DNA of 50,569 bases, from contig JBCBJQ010000037.1 in the NCBI GenBank assembly GCA_038523235.1, forward strand, positions 1 to 50,569, given 5' to 3'. Below the pieces are notes generated by a model. The model saw nothing but the letters and a program-made list of their open reading frames with translations, ran no database searches and had not been told where the DNA came from. Source of the stretch: Cyanobacteria bacterium J06626_4 (GTDB lineage Bacteria; Cyanobacteriota; Cyanobacteriia; Phormidesmidales; Phormidesmidaceae). How positions within the stretch are numbered: position 1 is the first letter of the stretch; every line of letters starts with the position of its first letter. Positions 48,977 to 50,569 of the stretch are shown here, piece by piece. The position numbers and the translations under genes were made by a program.

Positions 48977-49516
48977 TTAAGCCGCTGTGGCGTGAACCGT
49001 CGGTAACCGTCGGCCATAGGCTTGGGTTTGCTGCAGCTGATGCATGTGCTCAAACAACTTCCAGCAGTAGGGCTCTGGCAATCCGCAGGTATAGGCTCCG
49101 CGCAGCACCACGCTGAAATACCAGTCGTTGGGGGCAATCTCTTGGTTAAGCTTTTCCTGCACGGTGTAAGTGCGAATGTTGGAGTAAACGCGGCCGGCGC
49201 AGCTGACGGTAATCGACTCGTGGTGATAGCCAATCTCGCGCTCATCAAGGGCCGCACTGAGACGTTGGGGCAACCGATAGAGCACGCCCTCCACCGTATG
49301 ACGGGCATCTCTGACAACGTCTAAAACGCCGCAGTTGCGACGCTCTGATTTACGAAAAAAGCCCAAACGATACCCCGGCAGGGTAGCTGGCCCAATCACA
49401 TAGGAGTGCGTACTTTCGCCCAGCGATCGCTTCAGATCAACCGGGCACATGCAAGACCCATAGGCAAAGTAATAAAAGCTCGATTTGTCAGACTCTTTCG
49501 CCAGCAGCATTGTCAT
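48977..49516 (-). CDS. Gamma-glutamylcyclotransferase family protein
   Basis: YYFAYGSCM, VEGVLY, LDERE. Confidence 0.88.
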   Translation of the reverse strand: MTMLLAKESDKSSFYYFAYGSCMCPVDLKRSLGESTHSYVIGPATLPGYRLGFFRKSERRNCGVLDVVRDARHTVEGVLYRLPQRLSAALDEREIGYHHESITVSCAGRVYSNIRTYTVQEKLNQEIAPNDWYFSVVLRGAYTCGLPEPYCWKLFEHMHQLQQTQAYGRRLPTVHATAA

Positions 49517-49982
49517 TGCTATCAGTCACCTTTTCCCAGGCAATGGAGGGATTGTACCAAACTTTCTGCAGAATGGATCCGACCAATCTACTGTAAGACG
49601 ATGGATTTACCGTGGATTAGCGATCGCCGCAAAAGTTTACGTCCTCACCCCGTTCATCCCCGCTCTTGTCGCAGCTCCTGTCCGCTTTGCCAAGCAGGGG
49701 GGATGGCGCGATCCGCCACGTCAAACGCTGAAAACCGTCGGAGGTAGATGTCCCCCGAGGCAGCGAATTCGGTTTGGTTTGCAGGCAATCCGGTCGTGTT
49801 AAACCAGGTGTTCTTTTTGCAGAAGCCGACCATTTAAAGGATGCAACAAGTCATTACTGATAAGTTGAGCAGGATGCAGATGCCGGGATGAGCCTCGCTC
49901 AGGCAAAGGTTAGGAAGCTGCACCTAAGTGCCTCCTTAGGACTGCCCATTGCTGTCGGGGCTTGATACCAATTGAGTTTTGA

Positions 49983-50494
49983 TAATACTCAAATATTCTG
50001 AGGGAGACTTATCAGGTTCAGACCCATGAGTGGTGTCAGCAAAATTGAGATTCACGAAGCTGCCACAGAGCTGTTGCACCGGATGAAGTAGCAACGGCAC
50101 TCAAGCTTCGGAGCCGTGTGCAAGCGGTGTATCGATTCAAAAGCGGTGCGGCCACCTCAGTGACCCAAGCGGCACGGATGGGCGACGACAGTCGGACAAT
50201 GAGGCAGCGCTGGTGAGCGATTGATCGCGACGCCGGCTTGCCACGACTCCTGGAAATGCCTCACGGTGGCGGGCGTCCGGCGGCGATTCCGCCTTGGGCT
50301 CAAGCCCAACTCAAAGCCCGTCTGGCAGAGCCGCGCGGGTTTGCCAGCGACGGCGAGATTGTAACCTGGTTAGCCTCAGCATGTGGCATTTGGGTTGAGG
50401 ACTGGGTGGTGTACGACCTAGTGCGTCACCACTGTAAAGCCTCACTCAAAACCTCTCGTCCCACCCATCGGCAACTGAAAAGTGAGGCGATCGC
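49983..50494 (+). pseudogene. Decayed IS630-family transposase (HTH/ORF-A portion)
   Basis: ATG 50026 MSGVSKIEIHE; stop at 50089; frameshift near 50100; stop at 50214; ...GGGRPAAIP...GFASDGEI..WL...KASLKTSRPTH. Possible left end TA|ATACTCAAAT at 49983. No DDE domain. Confidence 0.8.
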
Positions 50495-50569
50495 CGCCTA
50501 TCGTCGCGTGCTTGACGCGTTTCCTGGCAATCCGGGAGCGCACTACAACCTGGGTTTAGCGCTCTGGGC
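50484..50569 (+). other. TPR-repeat coding fragment running off the window
   Basis: EAIAAYRRVLDAFPGNPGAHYNLGLALW is a typical TPR helix pattern. Confidence 0.7.

Larger units (their letters stand above)
1..50569. repeat. Dispersed HIP1 octamers (GCGATCGC)
   Basis: Dozens of copies, e.g. 1885, 7670, 28980, 50487; exact count not made. Confidence 0.95.

Overview
A 50.6-kb chromosomal window from a cyanobacterium. The HIP1 octamer GCGATCGC is abundant, and cyanobacterial-type rbp, futA and hetF genes plus STRR-like heptamer repeats are present. A filamentous Leptolyngbya/Nodosilinea-like lineage is likely, but that is inference. Most of the window is a mosaic of housekeeping genes: yciO-type Sua5 paralog, larC, hetF, purH, argC, futA, mpgP-like phosphatase, glcD, rbp, cobW, moaD, Ca2+/H+ exchanger and tsaB. 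No rRNA, tRNA or CRISPR array was found. Non-coding features include a cobalamin riboswitch, a 173-bp MITE with TIRs and a 7-bp target duplication plus a decayed second copy, a probable NtcA promoter, several terminators and a decayed IS630. The two best candidates for undescribed systems are: (1) an Asp/Glu racemase + periplasmic amino-acid binding protein + SLC1/DAACS-fold transporter operon with no ABC components, in which the canonical Na+-binding motifs are replaced; (2) an operon of a secreted SH3 protein, an extended PaaK/CapK-like adenylate-forming ligase and three glycosyltransferases. Smaller items are an unannotated 45-codon ORF at the riboswitch expression platform and an IS630/TPR in-frame junction exactly at a HIP1 site. 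All family calls come from motif recognition by eye; no searches were run.
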